DNA of 64,000 nt, from contig CAVZQN010000003.1 of assembly GCA_963777505.1 (NCBI GenBank), positions 576,001 to 640,000 on the forward strand, written 5' to 3'. The translations under genes and the position numbers were made by a program. The notes beneath the pieces were generated by a model that worked only from the letters and a program-made list of their open reading frames with translations, was not told where the DNA came from and made no database searches. Positions 28,691 through 37,646 of this stretch are shown piece after piece; the first letter of the stretch is position 1, and each line of letters starts with the position of its first letter. Source of the stretch: an uncultured bacterium. GTDB taxonomy: Bacteria > Acidobacteriota > HRBIN11 > JAKEFK01.

Positions 28691-28915
28691 GGAACCTCCA
28701 TAGAGATGAAAGTTGGCAGCAAAGCTGACTTTCTTGGTAACGGCCGGCCGACGAACCTCCGAAACTTTCCATCACAGTTCCTGGAGTCAGCCCGGCCTCA
28801 GTTTAGTTGATTCCGTCCGGCTAAATCGATTGATGTATACCAAAATAGTGAACGGGGATAAAAAAGAAGCCTACAAACTGAATATATATCAAAAAGCTGT
28901 TAACAATTCTCTATG

Positions 28916-30184
28916 CTAAGTGATTTCGCGAGGGTCAGCAACTCGTCCCAGAATTGCAGTAGCGGCTGCTACAGCAGGATTTGCAAGATAAGATCTGCTT
29001 GTTTGTGCGCCCATACGGCCTGCAAAGTTTCGGCTAGTCGTTGCAAGAGATACTTCATCATTCCCCAACACTCCCATGTGACCGCCAAGACACGGCCCGC
29101 AGGTTGAAGTACTCACTACGGCGCCTGCTGTGACAAAGTCATCTAGAATTCCTTCACGCAAAGCCTGCAAATACACAATTTGTGTGGCAGGAATCACAAT
29201 CAATCGAACATCCGGATGAACAGTATGTCCTTTCAAAATCTGATGAGCCATTCGCATGTCATCGATTGAGCCGTTTGTGCATGATCCGATCATTACCTGG
29301 TTGATTCGAATATTTTCTTTTGCGAGATCCTGCGCAGTTTTTACGTTTGATGGCAGATAAGGACACGCAACAAGTGGACTCATCTTGGAAACATCGTACT
29401 CAATGACTCTTTTATAAGTCGCATCAGAATCCGCTTTCACAATTTTGTATTCTCTCTTTGCGCGACTGGCAACGTATTCCTCAGTAATCTCATCAGCAGG
29501 GACGATACCGCTTTTGCATCCGGCTTCCACTGCCATATTGCAGAGTGTCATTCGATCTGACATTTTCAAATATGGCATTGCAGTTCCACCAAATTCCAGA
29601 GCTGTGTAGTTTCCTCCATCGACGCCGAGATCTTGAATCAACTTCAGAATTAGATCTTTTCCTACAATCCAATCCGGAGGCCTGCCGTTATACAAAACTT
29701 TGATTGACTCCGGAACTCTTAGCCATGTTTCGCCAAGAGCCCAAACGACTCCAATACTGGTTGCACCCATACCTGTTGCGAATGCTCCGACAGCACCAGC
29801 GGTACATGTATGTGAATCAGCTCCAAGCAAAAGATCACCAGGAAGAACGAGCCCTAATTCTGGCAACAATGAATGCGAAATTCCGGATCTTCCCACTTCA
29901 AAATAATTCGAAATTCCAAACTGCTTCGCAAACTCACGCATTGTTTTGGAAAGTCCTGCTGATTGAATATCTTTTGCGGGAACAAAATGGTCATTAACAA
30001 GGATGAGCCGTTCGCGGTTGAAAACATCTTCAGCCCCAATCTTTTTGAAGGCATCAATGCACATGGCAGCCGAGACGTCTGTTGCAAGCGCGAGATCAAC
30101 GGTGGCAACAATCCAATCACCGGCTGAAACATCTTGAGCAGGCGAATGCATTCCAAGAAGCTTCTCCGTTAGTGTCTTCCCCAT
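28916..30184 (-). CDS. leuC: 3-isopropylmalate dehydratase/homoaconitase large subunit (LeuC/HacA type)
   Basis: DHFVP, GADSHTCTAG, TLCNM, GSCTNG, CGPCLG ([4Fe-4S] Cys), RNFAGRMG; start moved to MGKTLTEK. Confidence 0.9.
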   Translation of the reverse strand: MGKTLTEKLLGMHSPAQDVSAGDWIVATVDLALATDVSAAMCIDAFKKIGAEDVFNRERLILVNDHFVPAKDIQSAGLSKTMREFAKQFGISNYFEVGRSGISHSLLPELGLVLPGDLLLGADSHTCTAGAVGAFATGMGATSIGVVWALGETWLRVPESIKVLYNGRPPDWIVGKDLILKLIQDLGVDGGNYTALEFGGTAMPYLKMSDRMTLCNMAVEAGCKSGIVPADEITEEYVASRAKREYKIVKADSDATYKRVIEYDVSKMSPLVACPYLPSNVKTAQDLAKENIRINQVMIGSCTNGSIDDMRMAHQILKGHTVHPDVRLIVIPATQIVYLQALREGILDDFVTAGAVVSTSTCGPCLGGHMGVLGNDEVSLATTSRNFAGRMGAQTSRSYLANPAVAAATAILGRVADPREIT

Positions 30185-30294
30185 AGGTATCATTTCATCA
30201 TAAGTAAGTGACAGGGACAAACTTAGTCTTTCCGTAACGTTTGCTGCCGCAGAAACCTTTGAGTTCTAGATACTTTTATGGTGAGATTAAGCGC

Positions 30295-32949
30295 ATGTCA
30301 TTGGCAAAAGGGACGAAGTTAGGAGCATACGAAATTTTAAGTGCTCTCGGATCGGGAGGAATGGGGGAGGTGTATCTCGCACGCGATACAAAACTGCATC
30401 GCGACGTTGCAATCAAAGTGCTTTCAGACGTCTTTTCCAGCGATAAAGAAAGGCTGTCGCGATTTCAACGTGAAGCACGAATCCTTGCTTCCCTGAATCA
30501 TCCAAACATCGCCGCAATTTATAGTTTGGAAGATTCCGATGACGGGCAGAGTTATCTGGTTCTTGAACTTGTTCCGGGTCAGACTTTAGCCGAGATTGTA
30601 ACAGCCGGTCCTGTTTCCGTAAAAGAGGTGCTATCGATCGGATATCAGATTGCTGCAGCTCTTGAAGCAGCTCATGCAAAAGGAATCATTCACAGAGATC
30701 TAAAACCTGCAAACATAAAAATCACACCGGAAGGTAAAGTAAAGGTTCTCGATTTTGGCCTTGCGAAAATGGTTGCTTCGGATTCTTCAGATCATTCTAG
30801 CATTGCAACATTCGCGGCTGATGAAACGCGCCAGGGGATAATTATGGGAACTGTCGCGTATATGAGCCCCGAACAAGCTCGCGGAAAGAGTCTCGACAAA
30901 GAAACTGATATCTGGTCTTTCGGTTGTGTTTTGTTTGAGCTCCTCTCCGGACAAAAGCCGTTTCGGGGTGAAACCGTATCGGATGTGATCGCAACAATTC
31001 TGCAGGGCGAACCCGATTGGTCTAAGCTTCCTGATTCAACCCCGCTCAAAATTCGGGAGCTTCTAGTGCGATGTCTTCAAAAGGATTTGCATCACAGATT
31101 GAGAGACGCTGGTGATGCGAGGATCGAAATTGAAGAAGTTCGGCATCCATCCACCGTAATTATTAAAGAGCCTGCACCAAAGAAAAAAATGGGTATGTTC
31201 GCGATCCTGGCACTCATTGCGGTTGCTGCAGGTTTGTTCTTTGTAATGCGAAATAAAGGTTCGAAAATTTCTGAACAAAAATCTCCGGCGTTGGAAATTC
31301 CGAAAGTGAATCGTCCTGTTTTAGCACAGGTTACAAGTGCAACAGGATTGGAAGAGTTTCCGGCATGGTCTCCTGATGGAAAGCGATTGGCATTTAGCGG
31401 TGAGGCGCATGGTTTCAAGAAACTTTTTGTGAAAGATCTTGAAAGTGGAACTGAGACTCAATTGACAAGTGTTTCTGCTGATGACATTCAATCAGCCTGG
31501 TCTACAGATGGAGATTCAATTCTTTTTGTCCGGTCCAATCAGCCCAATGGCAAACTCGAACTCGGCGATGTTTTTGGAGAATATTCAGACGGTAACATCT
31601 GGCGATACGATTTCAAAACAAAAAAAGAACAATTGGTTTTAGAAAACGCATTTAATCCATCTTTCTCTCCTGATGGAAAATGGATTGCAATTGACGCATC
31701 CTGGGCAGGCCCGCGACGAATCTGGATCGTAAACAGCCTGGGTTTAAATCCACAGCAAATCACTTCAGATGTGTCGGAAGCTGTTAGTCATGTCATCCCG
31801 CGATGGTCGACTGATGGCAAAAAGATTGTCTTCCAATCAATCGAACGAACAACGTTTGATCTCAAGACCGTCGATATAAGTACCAAAACCGTAGAAATAA
31901 TTACCGATGATCTTTTTACTGATATTAATCCGGTTTGGTCCGGCAATTTCATTTACTTTACTTCGGACCGAAGCGGTGGATGGAATGTCTGGCGTATGGC
32001 TCCAAATGCGAAAGCTCAGCCACAACAGCTAACAACAGGTGCGGGCCAGGATGTTCAGCTTGCAGTTTCTGCGGATGGAAAACAAATCGCGTTTACGATT
32101 TTGCGCCAGAATGCTGATCTCTGTCTCTTGCCGGGTTCATTGATAAATGGAGTGGCTGAAGGAAAAACGGTTGATGTGATTTCTTCAACTCGTGAAGATA
32201 GCCGCGGCTCCTGGTCGCCGGATGGGAAAAAGATTGCATTCAATTCCGACCGCGATACAAATATGAATATCTGGATCTATTCAATGGATGATTCTTCAAT
32301 TCGACAATTGACGAAAGGTCCAGGAGGCGACTATCAAGCGACGTGGTCTCCTGATGGCAACGCAATCACCTTTTTTTCATCACGCAGCGGGAATTCCGAT
32401 ATCTGGAAAATGGACTCCAATGGAAAGGGGTTAACACAACTTACAAAAAGCGACTCCATTGAAATCAATCCGTTCTTTTCACCCGACGGGAGCAAAATCG
32501 CATTCCAATCCGATTTGGGTGGTCGATTCGAATTGTGGGTGATGAATGCAGACGGTAGTGATCCACGCCGTATTACAAACACAGGAAGTCGTGGTCATTT
32601 CATGCGATGGTCACATGACGGTGAATTTATCTTTTTCAGATCATCCTCTGGTAAAAATTCCGTGGTTAAAGTTTCGGTGAAAGGTGGGTCACCTGTTGAT
32701 ATCGGAGAAATATCCGGCGGTTCACATATTTCTTTTTCGCCAGATCAATCGATGATCCTGGATGTGATCGGACATAAACGGATGTGGATTTCCAATGTAA
32801 ACGAAGGAAAGCCGCGAATGGTTTTTGAGTTTGATGATCCGGAGATCCGAATCGATTATCCAGTTTGGTCGCCTGACGGCAAATGGATCCTGTTTGATAA
32901 GTTCCAGCCACAAGGAGGGGACATCTGGGTCATGAAGGACTTCGAATAG
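30295..32949 (+). CDS. Ser/Thr kinase with TM segment and TolB/PD40 beta-propeller sensor domain
   Basis: LGSGGMGEVY, HRDLKPAN, DFGLAK, YMSPEQ; repeated WSPDG motifs; start moved to MSLAKG. Confidence 0.93.
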   Translation: MSLAKGTKLGAYEILSALGSGGMGEVYLARDTKLHRDVAIKVLSDVFSSDKERLSRFQREARILASLNHPNIAAIYSLEDSDDGQSYLVLELVPGQTLAEIVTAGPVSVKEVLSIGYQIAAALEAAHAKGIIHRDLKPANIKITPEGKVKVLDFGLAKMVASDSSDHSSIATFAADETRQGIIMGTVAYMSPEQARGKSLDKETDIWSFGCVLFELLSGQKPFRGETVSDVIATILQGEPDWSKLPDSTPLKIRELLVRCLQKDLHHRLRDAGDARIEIEEVRHPSTVIIKEPAPKKKMGMFAILALIAVAAGLFFVMRNKGSKISEQKSPALEIPKVNRPVLAQVTSATGLEEFPAWSPDGKRLAFSGEAHGFKKLFVKDLESGTETQLTSVSADDIQSAWSTDGDSILFVRSNQPNGKLELGDVFGEYSDGNIWRYDFKTKKEQLVLENAFNPSFSPDGKWIAIDASWAGPRRIWIVNSLGLNPQQITSDVSEAVSHVIPRWSTDGKKIVFQSIERTTFDLKTVDISTKTVEIITDDLFTDINPVWSGNFIYFTSDRSGGWNVWRMAPNAKAQPQQLTTGAGQDVQLAVSADGKQIAFTILRQNADLCLLPGSLINGVAEGKTVDVISSTREDSRGSWSPDGKKIAFNSDRDTNMNIWIYSMDDSSIRQLTKGPGGDYQATWSPDGNAITFFSSRSGNSDIWKMDSNGKGLTQLTKSDSIEINPFFSPDGSKIAFQSDLGGRFELWVMNADGSDPRRITNTGSRGHFMRWSHDGEFIFFRSSSGKNSVVKVSVKGGSPVDIGEISGGSHISFSPDQSMILDVIGHKRMWISNVNEGKPRMVFEFDDPEIRIDYPVWSPDGKWILFDKFQPQGGDIWVMKDFE

Positions 32950-33023
32950 CAACCTAACTCAACCGCCATGTCGCCAAGACGCCAAGTTAGTTTTGCAGAA
33001 TGAAGCGACTAGTCCCTAACATT

Positions 33024-34417
33024 TCACTGTAGACGAAGCAGGGACCATGAAAGCTCTGCAAAAATAACTTCACATCGCGCCACGTTTTGAACTTCGTGAA
33101 CGTGTTGTGAATCAGCAATCAAATATCCAGATCCCGTCCGTGCTTGCGCAACTGCATCCGAAGAGTTTGCTGGAATTGCCAGCTGTCTTTCAGCGTAATA
33201 CATCAACGGATTTGCAATAGACCAATAGCGTGCTCCGACATATGGAGCCGGTTCCAATTCGGGTATAGCCTTGCGGACAAATTGATGGTTCGTTTTCAAC
33301 AACTTGTTTTCATCTTTCAATATTGTTTCTGGCGAAACCCAAATGAGTGTAGCCAGCGCAATCAAGAAGATCGGAACGGCGACCTTATATAGAACTGAGC
33401 ACGCCCGCGGAAATTGTGATTCCAACCAGTAAGCGCCAGCAATCGCAAGCGCTGGAAGGATTGGAAAAATATAACGGCTCGAACGTGCACTCGAAAAGCT
33501 GTAACCAATCAATGGAAGTAGAATCCAGACGAAAATCAAAATAGCATTCGGACTCCGCGTTCTCGAAATATTTTGATGAGTCCCGGAATCGCAAGAAGAG
33601 CAACTGGGAGAAAAACACTAAAAAGAATGAGTGGATATCCAAGAATTAACTTATAGAAAGGTATTTCACGGACCGACCGGGAAAAAATCTCTCCAAGGTA
33701 ATGTTCGCGCAAAGCTTCGAAGCCAAATCGACTGAACTCATGAATTGGCCATATTGCGCCAATCAAAATTCCTCCAACAATTCCGATCCAAAACCAGCTT
33801 TGAGTTAGTGCTCGTTTGATATCCGCATTGAATATGGCAGCAATCAAAAACACCGGAATTGGCAGCAATCCAAGAAGGCTTTTTGTGAGCAGAGCCGCGC
33901 CTATAGGCAAGGCAAGCAATGCATAGAGTTTAGGGCGTTGAAGAGCTTTAAGAAAAATAAAGAAGGATATTGAAATCCAAAACGTAAGCGGAATTTCGAG
34001 CATGCAGCGTCTGCCATTGCTCAAAAAATGAGGTGTGATCAACAATAAAGCAACAGCTGTCAACGCCACATTCGGTGAAGTTAGATGCCGAGCCGTTTTA
34101 TATGTGAAAAACAAAATCCCCAGCGCCATTAAAATCGAGGGAAGACGTGCAGCAAAATCGTTTTCTCCAAAGAGTTGAAATGACTTTCCCAAAATCCAGA
34201 ATTGCAATGGCGGGTTTTGGAAAGTTGCTTTGTAATTCCAGGTAACGGTGAAGAATCTTCCACTGCGTCCCATTTCAACGCCTTTTCTAGCGTAAAAACA
34301 GTCATCCAGAGATAGAAGCGATAGCTTTCCTGCATTTGCGCTGAGAACAAGAAAGGTAAGAAGAAGTAAAACAATCAGGGTTCTCTCCGTGCCTTTGTGG
34401 TTAAAGATTGTGTACAT
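33024..34417 (-). pseudogene. ArnT/GT83-like glycosyltransferase split by an apparent 1-nt frameshift at ~33538
   Basis: DDCFY, NPPLQFW, ARLPS, LTK motifs in 33536-34417; RYIFPILPALA in 33024-33539; adding one T to the T4 run (cta ttt t ga) joins the two frames. Confidence 0.7.
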
Positions 34418-34455
34418 GTTTATATTTATGATCGCACAGGAAAAGGAGACTTTAT

Positions 34456-35481
34456 ATGAGTAAAGTGCTTCGCTTTGTTAAACATGAAAAAGCAGAATTT
34501 GAAGAAGGCACATATCAAGGTGTGTCTGGGAATCCTGATGCTAATCTCCTTGATGCCTATTCGCGGGCTGTTATTGGAGCCGCCGAAAAAGTGAGTCCTG
34601 CTGTTGCTAAAATTGATGTGCAGCAGCGGTCGAATTCGCGAAGAGGACCTCGGGATGCCCAGGGAAGCGGGTCAGGTTTTTTGTTTACACCCGATGGATT
34701 TATTTTGACTAATAGCCATGTAGTTCATGATGCAACCAGGATGAATGTTCTGTTGCCTGATGGAAGACGCTTTAATGCAGAACCTGTTGGTGATGATCCC
34801 CATACAGATCTTGCTGTGATTCGGATTCTGGGTTCAGGACTGGTTTCAGCCGACCTTGGAGATTCTCATACCGTTAAAGTTGGACAGCTTGCGATTGCGA
34901 TCGGTAATCCTTATGGATTTCAATGTACAGTTACGGCAGGTGTTATCAGTGCTTTGGGACGCTCCTTGCGTTCTCAATCCGGCAGGTTGATCGATAGCGT
35001 TTTGCAAACGGATGCAGCATTGAACCCCGGAAATTCGGGTGGACCTCTGGTAAATTCAAATGGTGAAGTAATCGGAGTCAATACTGCAGTCATTTTGCCT
35101 GCACAGGGAATCTGTTTTGCAATCGCAATTAACACAGCAAAATATGTTGCAGGACAGTTGATCAAGGATGGACGGATCCGCCGAAGTTTTATTGGAGTTG
35201 CCGGTCAAGATGTTCCGCTCCACAGGCAGATTATGCGTTTTCATCACCTAACCCAGGAAAGTGGAATCCTTGTGGTTTCAATCGACCAAAATAGCCCCGC
35301 GCAAAAATCTGGTTTGCGGGAAGGGGATGTCATTCTCAGTTTCAATGACATTGCGGTGGCCGGAATTGATGAACTTCATCGCCGGCTCACAATCGATCAT
35401 GCCGGCAGAAAATCGGATCTCTGCGTATTGCGGGGCACAGAAAAGATAAATCTACAGATCGAACCAGAAGAACGGGATTAA
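34456..35481 (+). CDS. HtrA/DegP-like trypsin serine protease with one PDZ domain
   Basis: GSGSGF, LTNSHVV, DLAVI, QTDAALNPGNSGGPL. Confidence 0.93.
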   Translation: MSKVLRFVKHEKAEFEEGTYQGVSGNPDANLLDAYSRAVIGAAEKVSPAVAKIDVQQRSNSRRGPRDAQGSGSGFLFTPDGFILTNSHVVHDATRMNVLLPDGRRFNAEPVGDDPHTDLAVIRILGSGLVSADLGDSHTVKVGQLAIAIGNPYGFQCTVTAGVISALGRSLRSQSGRLIDSVLQTDAALNPGNSGGPLVNSNGEVIGVNTAVILPAQGICFAIAINTAKYVAGQLIKDGRIRRSFIGVAGQDVPLHRQIMRFHHLTQESGILVVSIDQNSPAQKSGLREGDVILSFNDIAVAGIDELHRRLTIDHAGRKSDLCVLRGTEKINLQIEPEERD

Positions 35482-35496
35482 AAAAGCAATTTCATC

Positions 35497-35518
35497 GGGC
35501 GGGTCTTAGACCCGTCCC
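35497..35518. repeat. Single REP-like palindrome (GGGCGGGTCTnAGACCCGCCC family)
   Basis: GGGCGGGTCTTAGACCCGTCCC, related to 37348-37420. Confidence 0.65.
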
Positions 35519-35598
35519 ACTTGTCATGCGTTGACAGTTGATGCCGGGTTGCTATAGCATATGCTGTTTCATTTTGGGGTTCCCGAGGAGGAAGTAAA

Positions 35599-36477
35599 GT
35601 GCGTCGTCCCCTGATTCCATTATTTGCTCTAATACTGGCAACAGTTTTTGTGTTGCCATCTTGTAACAGACCGCAAGCTACCATCGTTCCAAAACTTCAG
35701 ATCAACAAAAAATCTGCAGAAATGGGAACACCGATTGAGGTCACATACGCCTTTTCGACAAAAAAAGACTACATTGCGCTGAATAAAGATCTCTGGGTAT
35801 TTTGCCACTTCCTGGATCCAAAAAAGGTGATCCGTTTCCAGGATGATCATCAGCCCTCCATTCAGACCAGTCAATGGAGACCAGGCGGCAATTATCATTA
35901 TTCGCGAACATTGTTCATTCCAAAAAACATTCCTGCAGGCGAATACACAATTTCCATGGGTTTATATGCACCTGATAAAGAAGAACGCGTGGTGCTTGAA
36001 GCAAAACCCCTGGATGATCGCGCCTACAGCATGGGGACTTTGTTAGTTGAAATTCCACCAGCTGAACCAGTGTTTCAATGGGTACGGGGTTGGTATGATC
36101 CTGAAACCGTGCCGAACGATATTAACACTCAATGGAAATGGACCAAGAAAGAAGCCGTTTTAAAAGTTCGAAATCCTAATTCGAATGCTTTACTTTACTT
36201 CAAAGCGGACGGAAACATTGATCGTTTTGCAAAGGATCCGCAAGTGGTTACTCTGAAAATCGGCGAGACAGTGATCGATAGTTTTCCGATTACAAGCAAT
36301 CAGCCATTTCTCAAAAAATATCCGATCGAGCAAAGTAAGCTGGGTAATGGAAAAATGCTTGAAGTAAAAGTGGAAGTAGATAAAACTTTCAAACCTGCTG
36401 AAGATAAAATCTCAGCTGATACTCGCGAGCTCGGAATTCGGGTTTATGAGCTCTATCTCGGCAAAGCAGCTGACTAG
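35599..36477 (+). CDS. Hypothetical lipoprotein, paralog 1 (predicted beta-rich)
   Basis: Lipobox-like LPSC; shares VFxHFLDP, DDH, IPAGEYT, GWY, DTRELG motifs with the next gene. Confidence 0.75.
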   Translation: MRRPLIPLFALILATVFVLPSCNRPQATIVPKLQINKKSAEMGTPIEVTYAFSTKKDYIALNKDLWVFCHFLDPKKVIRFQDDHQPSIQTSQWRPGGNYHYSRTLFIPKNIPAGEYTISMGLYAPDKEERVVLEAKPLDDRAYSMGTLLVEIPPAEPVFQWVRGWYDPETVPNDINTQWKWTKKEAVLKVRNPNSNALLYFKADGNIDRFAKDPQVVTLKIGETVIDSFPITSNQPFLKKYPIEQSKLGNGKMLEVKVEVDKTFKPAEDKISADTRELGIRVYELYLGKAAD

Positions 36478-37351
36478 AAACTCCTACAGGTTCTTCATTC
36501 CTGTAGTCGTACTGTTTCTGCCTCTTATTGTTTCTTGTGATGCAACGCGTCCAAAAGCGCACATCACACCTAGTGTAAGTTTCAATAGAACTTCCGCAGA
36601 AATGGGAACACCTGTCGAAGTGATTTATTCTTTCAAGACAAGTTCCGATTTTCCTGGCCTTAAAAAAGATTTAATCGTCTTCGTACATTTTTTGGATCCT
36701 TCAGGCAAAATTCGATTTGTTGATGATCACAATCCGCCTTCGCGGACAAATCAATGGGCACCTGGAAGAAGCTATTCGTACGTAAGGACTTATTTTCTTC
36801 CGGAAAATATTCCGGCAGGCGAATATACAGTCCAACTTGGGATGTACACTCCGTCCGGTAAAGGTGAACGATTTGTATTGAATGCCAGACAATTAAGCGA
36901 TCGTTCGTATGCTGTGGGCAATATCAAGATTTTGAAACCTGTGCCGGACAATAAAGTGCAGTACGTATCAGGTTGGTACAACCTTGAACGCGCTCCCAAT
37001 GATGATTGGTATCACTGGCGATGGATCGGGAAAACGGCTGTAGCGCGAATTCCAAATCCTCGAACAAACTCATTCTTGTATTTGAAAGCGGAAAGCGAAC
37101 GTCATCGTTTTCAAACACCACAACGCATCACGATTTTTCTTAAGGATAAACAAATCGATCAGTTCGAGGTCGAAAGTGCAGAGACATTTGCAAAGAAACT
37201 TGAAATTTCCGAGGCAACTTTAGGAACGGATAGCGAAATAGATGTAAAGTTGGAGGTAGATCGGACATTTTCACCGTCGACAGACGGCGAAAACGGAGAT
37301 ACTCGCGAACTAGGCTTGCGTGTGTACTGTTTATATTTGGGCAAGAAGTAG
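36446..37351 (+). CDS. Hypothetical lipoprotein, paralog 2 (start uncertain)
   Basis: Lipobox-like IVSC; tandem paralog of 35599-36477. Confidence 0.72.
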   Translation: MSSISAKQLTRNSYRFFIPVVVLFLPLIVSCDATRPKAHITPSVSFNRTSAEMGTPVEVIYSFKTSSDFPGLKKDLIVFVHFLDPSGKIRFVDDHNPPSRTNQWAPGRSYSYVRTYFLPENIPAGEYTVQLGMYTPSGKGERFVLNARQLSDRSYAVGNIKILKPVPDNKVQYVSGWYNLERAPNDDWYHWRWIGKTAVARIPNPRTNSFLYLKAESERHRFQTPQRITIFLKDKQIDQFEVESAETFAKKLEISEATLGTDSEIDVKLEVDRTFSPSTDGENGDTRELGLRVYCLYLGKK

Positions 37352-37425
37352 GGGCGGGTCTCAGACCCGCCCGTCTGTTTGCGACACTTGAACCCGGGCG
37401 GGTCTGAGACCCGCCCCTACTTCTT
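37343..37425. repeat. REPIN-like pair of inverted GTAG-type REP palindromes
   Basis: AAGAAGTAGGGGCGGGTCTCAGACCCGCCC (37343-37372) and its exact reverse complement (37396-37425). Confidence 0.85.
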
Positions 37426-37456
37426 CAAAATCTCAAGAAATAGCTGATCATTTGCT

Positions 37457-37615
37457 TCGCTAGCCCCCGGCGTGAGCCGGGGGTAAATGATTGGACAAAT
37501 GAACTAGCCCGCTTCATGCGGGCGAAAGACCATTCCAATGAATACTCTTACGCCCGCCTTTGGCGGGCTAAAATCATTGCATAAACAGTTAACCCCCGGC
37601 TCACGCCGGGGGCTA
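37457..37615. repeat. Four-hairpin composite REP element
   Basis: Outer palindromes 37461-37485 and 37591-37615; inner palindromes 37505-37529 and 37546-37570, in inverted arrangement. Confidence 0.8.
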
Positions 37616-37646
37616 TTAATTAATTCTATTTGATCGGGGCGGGTTA

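Noticed and set aside
31360-32890. Recurrent TGGTCnCCnGAnGG motif
   Set aside because: Encodes WSPDG of PD40 propeller blades
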